Part shown: piece after piece, positions 47,531 to 57,057 of the stretch
Layout of the letters: each line of letters begins with the position of its first letter
Position numbering within the stretch: the first letter of the stretch is position 1
IMG/VR virus record: IMGVR_UViG_3300029044_000314
Span: 88,108-152,107 of that record
Strand: one strand, 5' to 3'
Origin: a virus
DNA length: 64,000 nt
Made by a program: the position numbers and the translations under genes
The notes under the pieces: model-generated
What the model was told of the DNA's origin: nothing
The model's database searches: none
The model's input: only the letters and a program-made list of their open reading frames with translations

Positions 47531-48355
47531 ATGAGCAACATCGACAGCATCATCGAACGCATCAACAACCTCATGGCAATAGCCGAAAACGAAGCATCCA
47601 GCGACAATGAGGCGCAAATGGCGTTCGAGCGGGCACAGAAACTCATTAACGAATATCGTATCGAAGACTGGAAACGCGACCGCACCCGCATGAACAAGCC
47701 AATCATCGAACGTGGCGTGAACGTAAGCAAAACCACCATCTACCATCAGCAAGGCTACCTTGCGACCATCATCGCCCAAGCTAACGAATGCCGCGCCTAC
47801 CTTCACGAAAGCCGGTGTGGCGGAAGGATTGAGGAACGTGCCGTCATGTTCGTAGGCGAGGAGGACGATGTGAACGCCGCAGTCCTTCTCTTCCAAAGCA
47901 TCGACCTATACTGCTCAGTCCACGCCCGCACTAGCTACGCGGACATGATTGACCAGCACGCCAAAGCGTACTATGAGGACAACAAGGAATACGTCGAAAC
48001 GCATTACGGACGTGAATCCTATCCGACGCTGACGGAATGCAAACAGTACATGCGTCGTGATTATCCACGCGCCAAGTTCTACTATGGTTATCGCGGTGGA
48101 TTCAACGAACGTTTGAGCGAACGTTTCGAGGAGCTTCGCAAGCAGAGTCTCGCCATTCCTTCCGGTCGTGAGCTGGTGTCATGCAAGAGTCAGCGTCTGA
48201 ACGAGTATTTTGACAAGCTTGAGCTGGTGTCGGGTCGTGCTACCACTGCTCGTGGTAGCAAGGATGGTTTTGCCCGTGGTGTGAGTGACGCGAACAATGT
48301 GGGTTTGGGTTTGTCTGAAATGGGTGTTTCGTCCCACGCTTTGCTGAATGCCTGA
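47531..48355 (+). CDS. DUF2786-like protein
   Basis: N-terminus MSNIDSIIERINNLMAIAENEASSDNEAQMAFERAQKLINEY fits the DUF2786 N-terminal signature common on plasmids and phages. Confidence 0.45.
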   Translation: MSNIDSIIERINNLMAIAENEASSDNEAQMAFERAQKLINEYRIEDWKRDRTRMNKPIIERGVNVSKTTIYHQQGYLATIIAQANECRAYLHESRCGGRIEERAVMFVGEEDDVNAAVLLFQSIDLYCSVHARTSYADMIDQHAKAYYEDNKEYVETHYGRESYPTLTECKQYMRRDYPRAKFYYGYRGGFNERLSERFEELRKQSLAIPSGRELVSCKSQRLNEYFDKLELVSGRATTARGSKDGFARGVSDANNVGLGLSEMGVSSHALLNA

Positions 48356-48360
48356 CTTTT

Positions 48361-48403
48361 CAGCCCGCTTCCTTGTTTTGGGGAGTGGGCTGTTTTTGTT
48401 TTT
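48361..48403 (+). terminator. putative intrinsic terminator
   Basis: cagcccgc...gggctg hairpin followed by tttttgttttt. Confidence 0.45.
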
Positions 48404-48416
48404 CCACCAGATATAG

Positions 48417-48439
48417 TATACTGGGATTGTTCACACAAA
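48417..48439 (+). promoter_or_regulatory. conserved 23-bp promoter-like motif
   Basis: tatactgggattgttcacacaaa. Confidence 0.55.
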
Positions 48440-48465
48440 AACTTGGTCTACAAAAGGAGCAACCC

Positions 48466-48843
48466 ATGAACACCTACTACGCCGCCATAGTCAACCACCC
48501 CAACCAGAAGCTCGACCCCGACAACAACATTCCACTAATCCAGATTTTCCACAGCGCCACCGAACGCAATAACTGGGTGAAAGCTTACGCCGATAATCCC
48601 CACGTGAAGACCATCGACTCGAAACAGGCGATTCGTTGGCTCCGCTTCACCTACCGCCAGTATCGAAACCAGAAGATTCCCTCCCGCATGAGCAGAGACG
48701 GCGTGGTCACGAAGTTCCTCCGCACCTGCTCGTTCCAACCCCTACTCCACACGAAGAGAATCAGCCTTACGCCGGAAGAGGTCATCAAGCATCTCTCCGA
48801 CCCCGAAGACCATGTGCTGAGGAAAATCGGATACACTCGCTGA
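48466..48843 (+). CDS. hypothetical protein
   Basis: 125 aa after RBS aaaaggagc. Confidence 0.45.
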   Translation: MNTYYAAIVNHPNQKLDPDNNIPLIQIFHSATERNNWVKAYADNPHVKTIDSKQAIRWLRFTYRQYRNQKIPSRMSRDGVVTKFLRTCSFQPLLHTKRISLTPEEVIKHLSDPEDHVLRKIGYTR

Positions 48844-48854
48844 AAGGACAAAAA

Positions 48855-49268
48855 ATGAGTGAAACTATCGAAGACGCCAAGACCGAACCCCGTCCGACTT
48901 GGACGAAGCTAAAGGACGGTTGGAAAGTCCGAATCCCGAAAGAGTGGTGGGACAATTGGAGCGAGGCTGGTGAAACCGACGAGTTCCCGGTATTCAAAGC
49001 CAATGGCGAGGTGTCTCACGTGAACATCGTCAAGGTCAGCAAGCCGTTCGTGTTGGACGGTGTGGAATACGTCATAGGCACGCCAAGGAAGGAAACCTAC
49101 CGTCGTGGGTCTGCCCTCTCCCGCACTTCCAATACCGCTCGTAAGCGCAGTGGCATTCGTTGTGAGGAGTGCGGCTCCACCAAGGGCGTGCATCTGACAA
49201 GGGACATTAACGGCATCGGTTGCCTGTTATGCTCTCTTTGCGATGATGGTTCCGCGAGCGTCTGCTGA
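48855..49268 (+). CDS. hypothetical protein with C-terminal Cys-cluster (Zn-ribbon-like)
   Basis: 137 aa; CEECGS...CLLCSLCDDGS. Confidence 0.45.
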   Translation: MSETIEDAKTEPRPTWTKLKDGWKVRIPKEWWDNWSEAGETDEFPVFKANGEVSHVNIVKVSKPFVLDGVEYVIGTPRKETYRRGSALSRTSNTARKRSGIRCEECGSTKGVHLTRDINGIGCLLCSLCDDGSASVC

Positions 49269-49345
49269 TTGGGTTTGCGGGGATATGGTCTTGTTGCTGT
49301 AGTTCCCGCTTTTTGTTTTGTAGCGTGTTTTGTCCAAGCAAATTG

Positions 49346-49368
49346 TATACTGGAATTGTTCACACAAA
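49346..49368 (+). promoter_or_regulatory. conserved 23-bp promoter-like motif
   Basis: tatactggaattgttcacacaaa (consensus copy). Confidence 0.55.
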
Positions 49369-49390
49369 CAGGAAACCAAAAGGAGAAAAA

Positions 49391-49591
49391 ATGCATATCA
49401 AGGATGTTCTGCTCATGACGCTTGCCACCATCGCTTTCGGTGGGATGGCAACCGCAATCGTGTTCGGCATCTACTCGTTCGGCACTTGGCTGTTCACGTT
49501 TGACCGCACGTTCGGCGTCGTGTCGGTCTGCGCCCTCATAGTCGCGTTGCTGGTCGTCGCGGTCAAGATTCGATTGAGCATGAATCGATAG
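49391..49591 (+). CDS. small membrane protein
   Basis: 66 aa, two TM helices, RBS aaaaggagaaaaa. Confidence 0.45.
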   Translation: MHIKDVLLMTLATIAFGGMATAIVFGIYSFGTWLFTFDRTFGVVSVCALIVALLVVAVKIRLSMNR

Positions 49592-49605
49592 TTTTGGTTT
49601 GTGGC

Positions 49606-49640
49606 CCCGTCGTTTTGGCGGGGCTTTTTGTGTGGACGTG
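49606..49640 (+). terminator. intrinsic terminator
   Basis: gccccg-tcgttttgg-cggggc followed by tttttgt. Confidence 0.65.
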
Positions 49641-49669
49641 TCTTGTTTTGTATATTTATCCAAACGTGC

Positions 49670-49692
49670 TATACTGGAAATGTCCACATAAA
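49670..49692 (+). promoter_or_regulatory. conserved 23-bp promoter-like motif (variant)
   Basis: tatactggaaatgtccacataaa. Confidence 0.5.
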
Positions 49693-49719
49693 ACAGGCGG
49701 AGCCAACCAAGGAGAACAA

Positions 49720-50028
49720 ATGAACGACACCAAAACCTACTACCAGCCAATCTTCCACGACAACGGCACCATCAGCGTAGTCGCCGGAGACAACACCTAC
49801 GACCACACCTACGCGGACAAGCCCATGAACGAAGCTATCGTGGAAACCTCCCACCACAAGCCCAATCCAATCAACTGGAAGCACGTCGTATCCAACTGCG
49901 ACGAACGTTGGAACCTCATCAAAGGCAACGTGTGCTTGGCTGTCCTGAGTGGCAATTGGGACGTTTTCGAGAACCGTCACGAAAACAGAATCATGCTCGT
50001 CACCCGCAAGGGAACCCGAATCCTCTGA
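49720..50028 (+). CDS. hypothetical protein
   Basis: 102 aa after RBS ccaaggagaacaa. Confidence 0.45.
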   Translation: MNDTKTYYQPIFHDNGTISVVAGDNTYDHTYADKPMNEAIVETSHHKPNPINWKHVVSNCDERWNLIKGNVCLAVLSGNWDVFENRHENRIMLVTRKGTRIL

Positions 50029-50038
50029 CCCACACCAA

Positions 50039-50073
50039 GATTGGAATTGGAAGACTGCCGTATTACTCCTTCC
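50039..50073 (+). repeat. copy 2 of the conserved ~35-bp motif
   Basis: gattggaattggaagactgccgtattactccttcc. Confidence 0.5.
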
Positions 50074-50116
50074 TTCTACTTCTCTCATATTTGGCAAAAA
50101 AGAAAGGAAGAATTAC

Positions 50117-50848
50117 ATGAAAGAACGGAACATCTCACTGGAAAACGACCTCATGATGTTAGGTCAGGAACCGATGGACGAACCCGACTCGTCCACCACC
50201 ATCGAACTGCAAGAAATCGTGAAGAAGACGGAACGAAAGATGTTGAACCCACCGGCACCACCATTGAAATTCGAACCGAAAACAGCGGACAAGTCCACCG
50301 AAAACACCGACGAAACCGCCAGCAAGACGAGCAAGAAAACCGCCCCGACAGAAAACAAAACCAATCCGAAACCCATTCCGAAAGCCTATAAGCCCGCCAC
50401 ACGCAAAACCAACAAAACCGCACCTCCAACACCAACCCCCACCAACCCATACGCGCCCGTCGAATACGACTGCAACGGCAAATGGCGTCAACTGTTGACG
50501 GGAATCGCCGTCGGCGGAATTCTCGTGGCGGCAATCGCATTGTTGGTGGGAGCCAAAACATGTTGGCGGTTCATCGCCATAGGCGCATTGACCGCATTCG
50601 CCATGCTCCCGCTCTACGGCTGGTTCGACGAACTCGAACGGGACATGGCGGTCAAGGCAGTCGAAAAGGATTACGGGATTCGTGTTCTGCAAACAAACGG
50701 AGGTAATGGACTCGCGGAAGTGCATTACATGTTCCAACAAAATCCAACCGTCGAAGCCGGTATGGTCTCCTATGGTCATGGCTTGGCATGGTTGCGGAGC
50801 GTGGGCGGCAAGAAGATTGTCGGACGAAGGCAGCAGGTGAAAAAATGA
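50117..50848 (+). CDS. membrane protein with P/T/K-rich linker
   Basis: 243 aa; low-complexity KTAPTENKTNPKPIPKAYKPATRKTNKTAPPTPTPTNP, then 2 TM helices. Confidence 0.45.
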   Translation: MKERNISLENDLMMLGQEPMDEPDSSTTIELQEIVKKTERKMLNPPAPPLKFEPKTADKSTENTDETASKTSKKTAPTENKTNPKPIPKAYKPATRKTNKTAPPTPTPTNPYAPVEYDCNGKWRQLLTGIAVGGILVAAIALLVGAKTCWRFIAIGALTAFAMLPLYGWFDELERDMAVKAVEKDYGIRVLQTNGGNGLAEVHYMFQQNPTVEAGMVSYGHGLAWLRSVGGKKIVGRRQQVKK

Positions 50849-51222
50849 TACCCAGCACGGTCAAGGACGCACGTTTTCCCTCGTTCTTTTTCAACGGCGT
50901 TTGGCAAGGGCTTAAAACCGCCCTCATGCCGCACGCTTGCATATTCGACCCGTTGCCTCCCATGCCGACCGTACGCGATTGGCTTCAGGCCCATGGAGGC
51001 ACCGGCATGGATGCTGACGCATTCGACCGGTGCGAGAGCGAATGGTACGAGCTGCTGGAGCTGCGCAAACGGCAGATGAACGTGTTTTTGGCTGGCTTGT
51101 TCGTGGGCACGCTGGTGTATGCGATTGCGGCGCTTGCATTACTGGCGCTTGTTGGCTGGCTGGTGTATTCGCTGGTTCCGTTTGACGGTTTCGGACGTTT
51201 TGTCGATTGGGTTCGTGGTTGA
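50845..51222 (+). CDS. membrane protein
   Basis: 125 aa, ATGA-coupled to the upstream gene; C-terminal TM helices. Confidence 0.4.
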   Translation: MIPSTVKDARFPSFFFNGVWQGLKTALMPHACIFDPLPPMPTVRDWLQAHGGTGMDADAFDRCESEWYELLELRKRQMNVFLAGLFVGTLVYAIAALALLALVGWLVYSLVPFDGFGRFVDWVRG

Positions 51223-51241
51223 GCATTTCTCTATTCTGTAC

Positions 51242-51264
51242 TATACTGGAACTGTTCACGCAAA
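51242..51264 (+). promoter_or_regulatory. conserved 23-bp promoter-like motif (variant)
   Basis: tatactggaactgttcacgcaaa. Confidence 0.5.
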
Positions 51265-51292
51265 AGAGTCGTTCTCGCACACAGGAGAAAAA

Positions 51293-51757
51293 ATGCATAA
51301 CACCTACAAGGAAACCCTCACAGTCTGGCCTGTCAACGACGCAACCGGACTGCACCTCTTCAGCACTCCGGAAGCCGCCGAAACATACGCAGACGAACAT
51401 CAAGGCGACATGTTGGAGCCAATGCCCGTCATGTCAGCCCGAACCGTCTGGCATTGCGTGGGATTGAGGTTCATTGGTCGAACCTTCGACTGGAACACCT
51501 ACACCGTCGAGGAACTCGGATACTCCACAAAGGAACGTCCGGCCACCGCCACTCGTCCTTCCGTTCGGGCCATTCCTCTAAATGGCGAGGACTTCGTGTT
51601 GGAAGTGTGCGCCGAAACCGAAGAAAAAACTCACGAATTGGCCGCGTTTCTTGGTGATTCGGTGGTTCGTTGGGTTGCTAAGGAGGGGAAGCAGAAGCCA
51701 TCCTTAAGCCATCGTCTTGAGCTTGCCTTAAAGAATTACGTTGAGGGTCGTGTCTGA
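51293..51757 (+). CDS. hypothetical protein
   Basis: 154 aa after RBS acaggagaaaaa. Confidence 0.45.
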   Translation: MHNTYKETLTVWPVNDATGLHLFSTPEAAETYADEHQGDMLEPMPVMSARTVWHCVGLRFIGRTFDWNTYTVEELGYSTKERPATATRPSVRAIPLNGEDFVLEVCAETEEKTHELAAFLGDSVVRWVAKEGKQKPSLSHRLELALKNYVEGRV

Positions 51758-51782
51758 TTTCCTTTTCTCCGCATTTTTGTGC

Positions 51783-51805
51783 TATACTGGAATTGTTCAC
51801 ACAAA
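51783..51805 (+). promoter_or_regulatory. conserved 23-bp promoter-like motif
   Basis: tatactggaattgttcacacaaa. Confidence 0.55.
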
Positions 51806-51827
51806 CAGGAAACCAAAAGGAACGAAA

Positions 51828-52757
51828 ATGAGCGACAACATCAACTGGAACGAAACCTCAATCTACGACTTCCTCCGCTTCGAACACAAACCAGAACGCC
51901 AAGCGGCATACGATGACCGGAGCCTCACCAAACTCGCCAACGCCGGACTGATACAACGCAACGAAGAAAAACACACGTGGAAGCTCACCCAAAAAGGCGA
52001 AAAGGAACTAGCCGACATCAGGCAGCATTTCGACTCCGGCAAACTCTCCGAACTCCCGCTCACGCTCCGACACTACTACTTCGACTGGGGCGAATACGAC
52101 ATTCACAACCTGCCGGTCAACGCACTTTCCCAAGTGGCCCTGCGGGACAGGAGCGCGGAGATTCGCCGGAAAGCCGTGGAACTGCTCGACAAGTACGACA
52201 AGCTTGACAAGGAAACATCGAACGCCCTATCCCACGACAAGGATTGGGAGGTTCGTTATATCGCGGCGAAGAAAGCCGACGTCTGCAACTTCTTCAACGA
52301 GGAGGATGAGCGCGTGGTCAAAAACGTCATCAGCAATCATGACGTCGATAAGGAGTGCTTGTCCCACTGGCTGGAAAGCCCTTACGGCGAGATTCGCGTC
52401 CAAGTGGCCCTCTTGTCCGATGACAGCGAGGTGGACGAAGTGTTCGAACGACTCGAACCGCAAGACGTGGCCAGTGTGCTGGGCGCTAAACCTCGGTGGG
52501 CGACCCGTGAAATCGTTATGAAAGCGTGGGAGGCGGCCGACGGGTGGGAGCGTTGCAGGCTGGCTCGGAATATGAGAGACATGCCGGATTCGTTCATCAA
52601 TCAGGCGTTTAAGGGCGAAGCTCGATGGACTCTACGTGAGCGTATGGAGGATTATCGCAAGGCGGTTCGCCAAGTGTTGGAGTTGGGTGCGATGTTCTCT
52701 GAGGACAGTGAAATTCGCCGGAAGATTTGGGAGCGTGCCGAGCGTGAGATTGGCTGA
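51828..52757 (+). CDS. HEAT-like repeat protein, paralog 1
   Basis: 309 aa; repeats of the RDRSAEIRRKAVELL / DWEVRYIAAKKA type; paralogous to 54894..55859. Confidence 0.5.
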   Translation: MSDNINWNETSIYDFLRFEHKPERQAAYDDRSLTKLANAGLIQRNEEKHTWKLTQKGEKELADIRQHFDSGKLSELPLTLRHYYFDWGEYDIHNLPVNALSQVALRDRSAEIRRKAVELLDKYDKLDKETSNALSHDKDWEVRYIAAKKADVCNFFNEEDERVVKNVISNHDVDKECLSHWLESPYGEIRVQVALLSDDSEVDEVFERLEPQDVASVLGAKPRWATREIVMKAWEAADGWERCRLARNMRDMPDSFINQAFKGEARWTLRERMEDYRKAVRQVLELGAMFSEDSEIRRKIWERAEREIG

Positions 52758-52767
52758 AAGGGCAGCA

Positions 52768-53067
52768 ATGCGAAAAGCGACATTCATCAGAAAATACTAC
52801 GGGCACGGATACGACGCCCATATGGTCTATCTCGACTATATGTATCGCGGGCACGAATACACGGTGTATGAGAACCTAGCCCAAGGCAATGAGCCTCTCG
52901 CGTGGCAACACCGTGACGAGCAAAGCCGCATAGACCAGTTAATAGAACAGAAAGAGCGGGAAAAGAACGCGAAGCCGAAGCCAAGCCGGTATGAGGACAC
53001 CGCGCAATACGCCATCGACCAGCTTTATAACTTTCTCGATGGTGAACCGTCGGACTTTGACCAGTAG
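52768..53067 (+). CDS. hypothetical protein
   Basis: 99-aa ORF immediately after the paralog-1 gene. Confidence 0.35.
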   Translation: MRKATFIRKYYGHGYDAHMVYLDYMYRGHEYTVYENLAQGNEPLAWQHRDEQSRIDQLIEQKEREKNAKPKPSRYEDTAQYAIDQLYNFLDGEPSDFDQ

Positions 53068-53154
53068 TGGGGAAAAATTCCCAAGTCGTGTGGATGCTTT
53101 TGCATTTGCGCGGCTTTTTGTTTTTTGCGCTTTTGCGCTTTCTTTCAAATATAA

Positions 53155-53177
53155 TATACTGGAATTGTTCACACAAA
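53155..53177 (+). promoter_or_regulatory. conserved 23-bp promoter-like motif, orphaned by IS insertion
   Basis: tatactggaattgttcacacaaa followed within ~10 nt by the IS end instead of an RBS/ATG. Confidence 0.5.
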
Positions 53178-53184
53178 TATGAGA

Positions 53185-54610
53185 GAAAGAGCCAAATTGA
53201 CATCCTCCCCCGCATTCATGCGGGGGATTCCCGAATCTTACGGTTCGGGTTTCTGTTCGCTACGACAAAACAAGAAAGGAGGGGACGCTAATGCGAGACC
53301 TTGGTTCCGGTTCTGCCGTCCTTGCAGACGCTGACCGCAAGCCCTGCGGCGAGGATGTTTTCGGCTGCGTTCAAATCCCTGTCATGGGTTGTTCCGCAGT
53401 CCGGGCACGTCCATGCCTTGACTTTGAGGCCGGGCATGCCCTTCGGCCCGGTCTTCGCCCCGCAGTGGGAGCAGGTTTGTGTGCTCGGATAATACCTGTC
53501 GATGGTTATGAGCTGTCGCCCGTACCATTCGGCCTTGTATTCGAGCATTCGACGGAACTCCGACCATCCGGCGTCCATGATGCTCCTGTTCAGCCCGTTT
53601 TTCGCGGACTGGCCGTTGGGGAGCCAATGGTTCGGATTATCCGGGTCGGGTTTCGGCGCGCATCTTTTGGCCATGTTCTTCACGTTGAGGTCTTCGATGA
53701 CCACCGTTTGGTTCTCGCGGATTATCCTCGTGCTCAACTTGTGGAGGAAGTCACGGCGCATGTCCGTGATTCTGGCGTAGGTGCGGGCCACCTTGAGGGC
53801 GGCTTTCCGACGATTGTTGCTGCCTTTGGCTTTGCGGGACAACGCCTGTTGCTCCCGTTCGAGCCGTTGGGCGAGTTTCTTGTAGTGGCGTGGATTCGCT
53901 ATGGTCTCCCCGTCGCTGGTGACGGCGTAGCTGTCCACTCCCAAGTCGATTCCGACGGCGTTCCTTCGGGTGGGGAGAAGGCGGATGGTCTCCTCCACGA
54001 GGATGCTGACATGCCATCGTCCGGCGGCGTCCAAGCTTACGGTCACGGTGCTCGGCTCCGTCTTGCGGGGCAGTGTTCTGGACCATCGTATCGGCAATGG
54101 TTCGCGCATCTTGGCGAGCGTGAGTTCGTTGCGCTTGGCATCCCATTTGAACGCGCTTCGAGTGTATTCGGCGCTTCCGCCGTGGGATTTGGCCTTGAAT
54201 CTCGGATAGTCGCCGGTCTGCTTGAAGAAGTTGGAGAACGCCGTCTGCAAGTGTCTCAACGCCTGTTGCAGCGGCACACAGGACACTTCGTTCATGTACG
54301 AGTATTCGGCCGTTTTCTTCCATTGGGTGAGCATGGCGCTGGTCTGGACGTAGGTGATGCTCTTGCGCTCCGCCGTCCATGCGGTGGAGCGGGCTTCCAA
54401 CGCGAGATTGTAGACCTTTCGGCAGCAGCCGACCGTGCGCCTGAGCAGTTGTTCCTGCTCGGGCGTCGGATAGAAGCGGAACCTGTACGCCCGCTTGCAT
54501 GCATGCCTTCTGACCATGTTTCACATTATATCATATCAATCTGTGAAAGGAGGACGGTTTGCTTCCTCCCCGCCCTAAAGGACAGGGTCTCCGCAAACCA
54601 AAAAAAAGAT
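53185..54610 (-). mobile_element. IS200/IS605-family TnpB-only insertion sequence (IS1341-like)
   Basis: tnpB plus structured ends: hairpins ctcccccgcattcatgcggggg and cccgaa...ttcggg 3' of tnpB; ggagga...tcctcc and ccct...aggg 5' of tnpB; no tnpA; exact boundaries uncertain. Confidence 0.55.
53288..54517 (-). CDS. tnpB: TnpB (OrfB_IS605) RNA-guided endonuclease-type transposase accessory protein
   Basis: 409 aa; RuvC-like core (GIDLGVDSYAVT, VVIEDLNVKNM) and C-terminal Zn-finger CSHCG...CPDCG. Confidence 0.85.
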   Translation of the reverse strand: MVRRHACKRAYRFRFYPTPEQEQLLRRTVGCCRKVYNLALEARSTAWTAERKSITYVQTSAMLTQWKKTAEYSYMNEVSCVPLQQALRHLQTAFSNFFKQTGDYPRFKAKSHGGSAEYTRSAFKWDAKRNELTLAKMREPLPIRWSRTLPRKTEPSTVTVSLDAAGRWHVSILVEETIRLLPTRRNAVGIDLGVDSYAVTSDGETIANPRHYKKLAQRLEREQQALSRKAKGSNNRRKAALKVARTYARITDMRRDFLHKLSTRIIRENQTVVIEDLNVKNMAKRCAPKPDPDNPNHWLPNGQSAKNGLNRSIMDAGWSEFRRMLEYKAEWYGRQLITIDRYYPSTQTCSHCGAKTGPKGMPGLKVKAWTCPDCGTTHDRDLNAAENILAAGLAVSVCKDGRTGTKVSH

Positions 54611-54849
54611 GACGCCGTGGACGAGACGTGTTCCGATGAGCAGCTTGCCGACTTCGTTGGACAGCCTGACACCGCTTTCGTCCACAGCATCAATATCCGC
54701 AGGATTCTGTATCGCTCCGGACTTCTGAACTAAAATATGGGAATATGCCCGCAGGAAAATCATGTGGGCGTATTCCTTTTTTTCGTATGAGCAGGGATTG
54801 CGTCTTCGTTTTGGCTTGGTTGCGTGTTGTGTTTTATCTCAACTTAGGC

Positions 54850-54872
54850 TATACTGGAATCGTTCACACAAG
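54850..54872 (+). promoter_or_regulatory. conserved 23-bp promoter-like motif
   Basis: tatactggaatcgttcacacaag. Confidence 0.5.
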
Positions 54873-54893
54873 ATATGCCGAGAAGGAGAAACC

Positions 54894-55859
54894 ATGGACA
54901 ACGACGCAATCAACAGTCTTACCAAAAAGTGGACTGCCAACCTCGTTTACTGCTTCGAGGACTTCGACAACGAAACCCACTCGCAACGACTGAGCGCATA
55001 CATCGACCAGAAGTCCTTAGACAAATTCAAGGAAGCCAACCTAATCGAACTGACCAAGGAACGCGACCGTTGGAAGCTTACCAACAAGGGAATCGACCTG
55101 CTGGAAAGCATTAAGAACATCTACCGGAGTGGAAGAATATTCCCTCTCCCCTTACCGTTCCGTCACTATTACATCAACTGCAAGTTGAAGTACAACATGA
55201 AAATCGAGGACGGAAAGATATACGACGGACTGCGTGAAACCGTGTTGAAAGACCGGAGTCGTGACGTTCGCCGCAAGGTGGCCGAATATTTGGAATACAA
55301 GGGAAAACTCAACTATAAGACCGCGACCAGCCTCGCCAAGGACAAAGACCCCGAACTACGCAAGCTCGCCGCAAAGCATACCGTTGCAAGCCTGTACTGG
55401 GAGGAAACGGATTACGACGTTATCCGCTACATGGTGGAAAACAAGCTGGCCGATAGGCTCTGCTTCGAGCATTGGGTGAAAAGCGAAGACGAAACCATCC
55501 GCGCCCTATCGGCACCGTTGGCGGAGGAAACGGACATAGACCCGTTGTTGGACTCCCTCTCCGACGAATCCGCCATCCAAGTCTTGTTCAATAATCCGGA
55601 ATGGGTCAAAGGTAAGCGTGCCGTGCGCTTGTGGCGTCGCATGGGCGGGGAAAACCGCCGTTGGATTATGTCCTTTATGTGGGATGTTCCCGATTCTCTA
55701 ATTGAGGAGTCGTTAGCGGAACCTCGTAATTGGCAAATCTCTTCTCGATTGGAGGAGTATAAGAAGGCGTTGCAGACCGTGGCCCGTATGGAGCGCTTGT
55801 TTGCCAAGGGTAGTGAGATTAAACGCAAGATGCGTGCCCGTGCCGGTTTGTCCGATTGA
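54894..55859 (+). CDS. HEAT-like repeat protein, paralog 2
   Basis: 321 aa; alignable along its full length with 51828..52757 (RDRWKLTNKG / LPLPFRHYY / KDRSRDVRRKVAEYL / SEIKRKMRARAG). Confidence 0.5.
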   Translation: MDNDAINSLTKKWTANLVYCFEDFDNETHSQRLSAYIDQKSLDKFKEANLIELTKERDRWKLTNKGIDLLESIKNIYRSGRIFPLPLPFRHYYINCKLKYNMKIEDGKIYDGLRETVLKDRSRDVRRKVAEYLEYKGKLNYKTATSLAKDKDPELRKLAAKHTVASLYWEETDYDVIRYMVENKLADRLCFEHWVKSEDETIRALSAPLAEETDIDPLLDSLSDESAIQVLFNNPEWVKGKRAVRLWRRMGGENRRWIMSFMWDVPDSLIEESLAEPRNWQISSRLEEYKKALQTVARMERLFAKGSEIKRKMRARAGLSD

Positions 55860-55882
55860 GGTTTGATGGGGGGGGGAGGCGG

Positions 55883-55915
55883 GATGCTGTTTTGGTGTCC
55901 CGCTTTTGTTTTTTG
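55883..55915 (+). terminator. putative intrinsic terminator
   Basis: gcggga...tcccgc hairpin followed by ttttgtttttt. Confidence 0.5.
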
Positions 55916-55942
55916 AGGTTTTGCGGTTTTTCTCAAGTGTGC

Positions 55943-55965
55943 TATAGTGGAATTGTTCACACAAA
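55943..55965 (+). promoter_or_regulatory. conserved 23-bp promoter-like motif
   Basis: tatagtggaattgttcacacaaa. Confidence 0.5.
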
Positions 55966-55992
55966 GAGCGATAGGCAAAAGGAGCACATAAC

Positions 55993-56253
55993 ATGTACGC
56001 AATCCACTACATCGGCGGCGCAATCAACGTCAAGAAAATGCCCAAAAAACAAGCAGTCGAATACGCCAAACAAATCAACGACAACGCCCTCTCAAGCACC
56101 TTCCCCGAAAGCGTGAAACTCGTTCAAAGTCCCGAAGCCCGCACCATCATGCAAAACAGACTCTTCGCAAAAGACATCTACGCCCGCCACAGCGACGTAT
56201 ACAGCATGAGCATGGCTGAACTCGTCAACGCAGTCAACGAATACTGTTGCTGA
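55993..56253 (+). CDS. hypothetical protein
   Basis: 86 aa after RBS aaaaggagcacat. Confidence 0.4.
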   Translation: MYAIHYIGGAINVKKMPKKQAVEYAKQINDNALSSTFPESVKLVQSPEARTIMQNRLFAKDIYARHSDVYSMSMAELVNAVNEYCC

Positions 56254-56299
56254 AAAACAATCACCACAAACCCCAATTACACGAAAAAGGACAATCAGA

Positions 56300-56662
56300 A
56301 TGTACTCGAAAATCAGCGAAGACACCTATCGGAAACTCATCGACAAACTCGTCAGAATCCCCTACGTGACCGGCGCTCACGCAACCCGAGCCATCTTCGG
56401 AGACGGAATCGAAGTCGCATTCCAACACCGTTACATGGGCAAGCAGGTCGAGTACTATCTGGTGGCCGACTCGCAACGAGACGGCAGACGTTCCTACCGT
56501 TGGCGTGGCGGAGTATACACGGTTCCGTCCGCACACTGGACTTTCGATGACGGGGAATACACGCCCGTCGAACTGGAAGAACATAAGCTGGAATCGTTGG
56601 ATGTTGACGGACTGTATGACGCGATTGTGTCCGATTTAGACAAGGCCATGAGAGAATTGTAG
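56300..56662 (+). CDS. hypothetical protein
   Basis: 120-aa ORF. Confidence 0.4.
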   Translation: MYSKISEDTYRKLIDKLVRIPYVTGAHATRAIFGDGIEVAFQHRYMGKQVEYYLVADSQRDGRRSYRWRGGVYTVPSAHWTFDDGEYTPVELEEHKLESLDVDGLYDAIVSDLDKAMREL

Positions 56663-56672
56663 GAAAACGAAA

Positions 56673-57047
56673 ATGCGATTCACCGACGGCAAGGAAAAGC
56701 TGGAAATCGAAATCCACGAAGGCCAGCATTCTTGGGATACAACGGTAGAATTCTTCGACCATTTGACGACTCCCATTCTGAATGGGACTCGTCAGGCCGG
56801 AAACGTTCGCACTCTACTGACGAACGTGTACAACAGGATTCTAGGCATGTCCGACTATCCCGCACCGGAAGCCGACACTCGGGCAATCTACACCATCACC
56901 GACTTGACTGGAACCATTGTCAGGGAAGGTTCTTTCACTTCGTCCGACAATCCAGCCAACATGTATTGCAGCGGTTGCGGTTGCCTTCTCAGCGAGGAGA
57001 ACGAGAACCTTTGCGGCGATACCGGCTGGTGTGATAACTGCTATTGA
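56673..57047 (+). CDS. hypothetical protein with C-terminal CxxC...CxxC
   Basis: 124 aa; YCSGCGC...CGDTGWCDNC. Confidence 0.4.
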   Translation: MRFTDGKEKLEIEIHEGQHSWDTTVEFFDHLTTPILNGTRQAGNVRTLLTNVYNRILGMSDYPAPEADTRAIYTITDLTGTIVREGSFTSSDNPANMYCSGCGCLLSEENENLCGDTGWCDNCY

Positions 57048-57057
57048 GAAATTGGAT

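Noticed and set aside
53291-54733. 480-aa plus-strand ORF across the IS element
   Set aside because: Antisense to tnpB, which has clear RuvC and Zn-finger motifs; Gly/Arg/Ala-rich nonsense composition.
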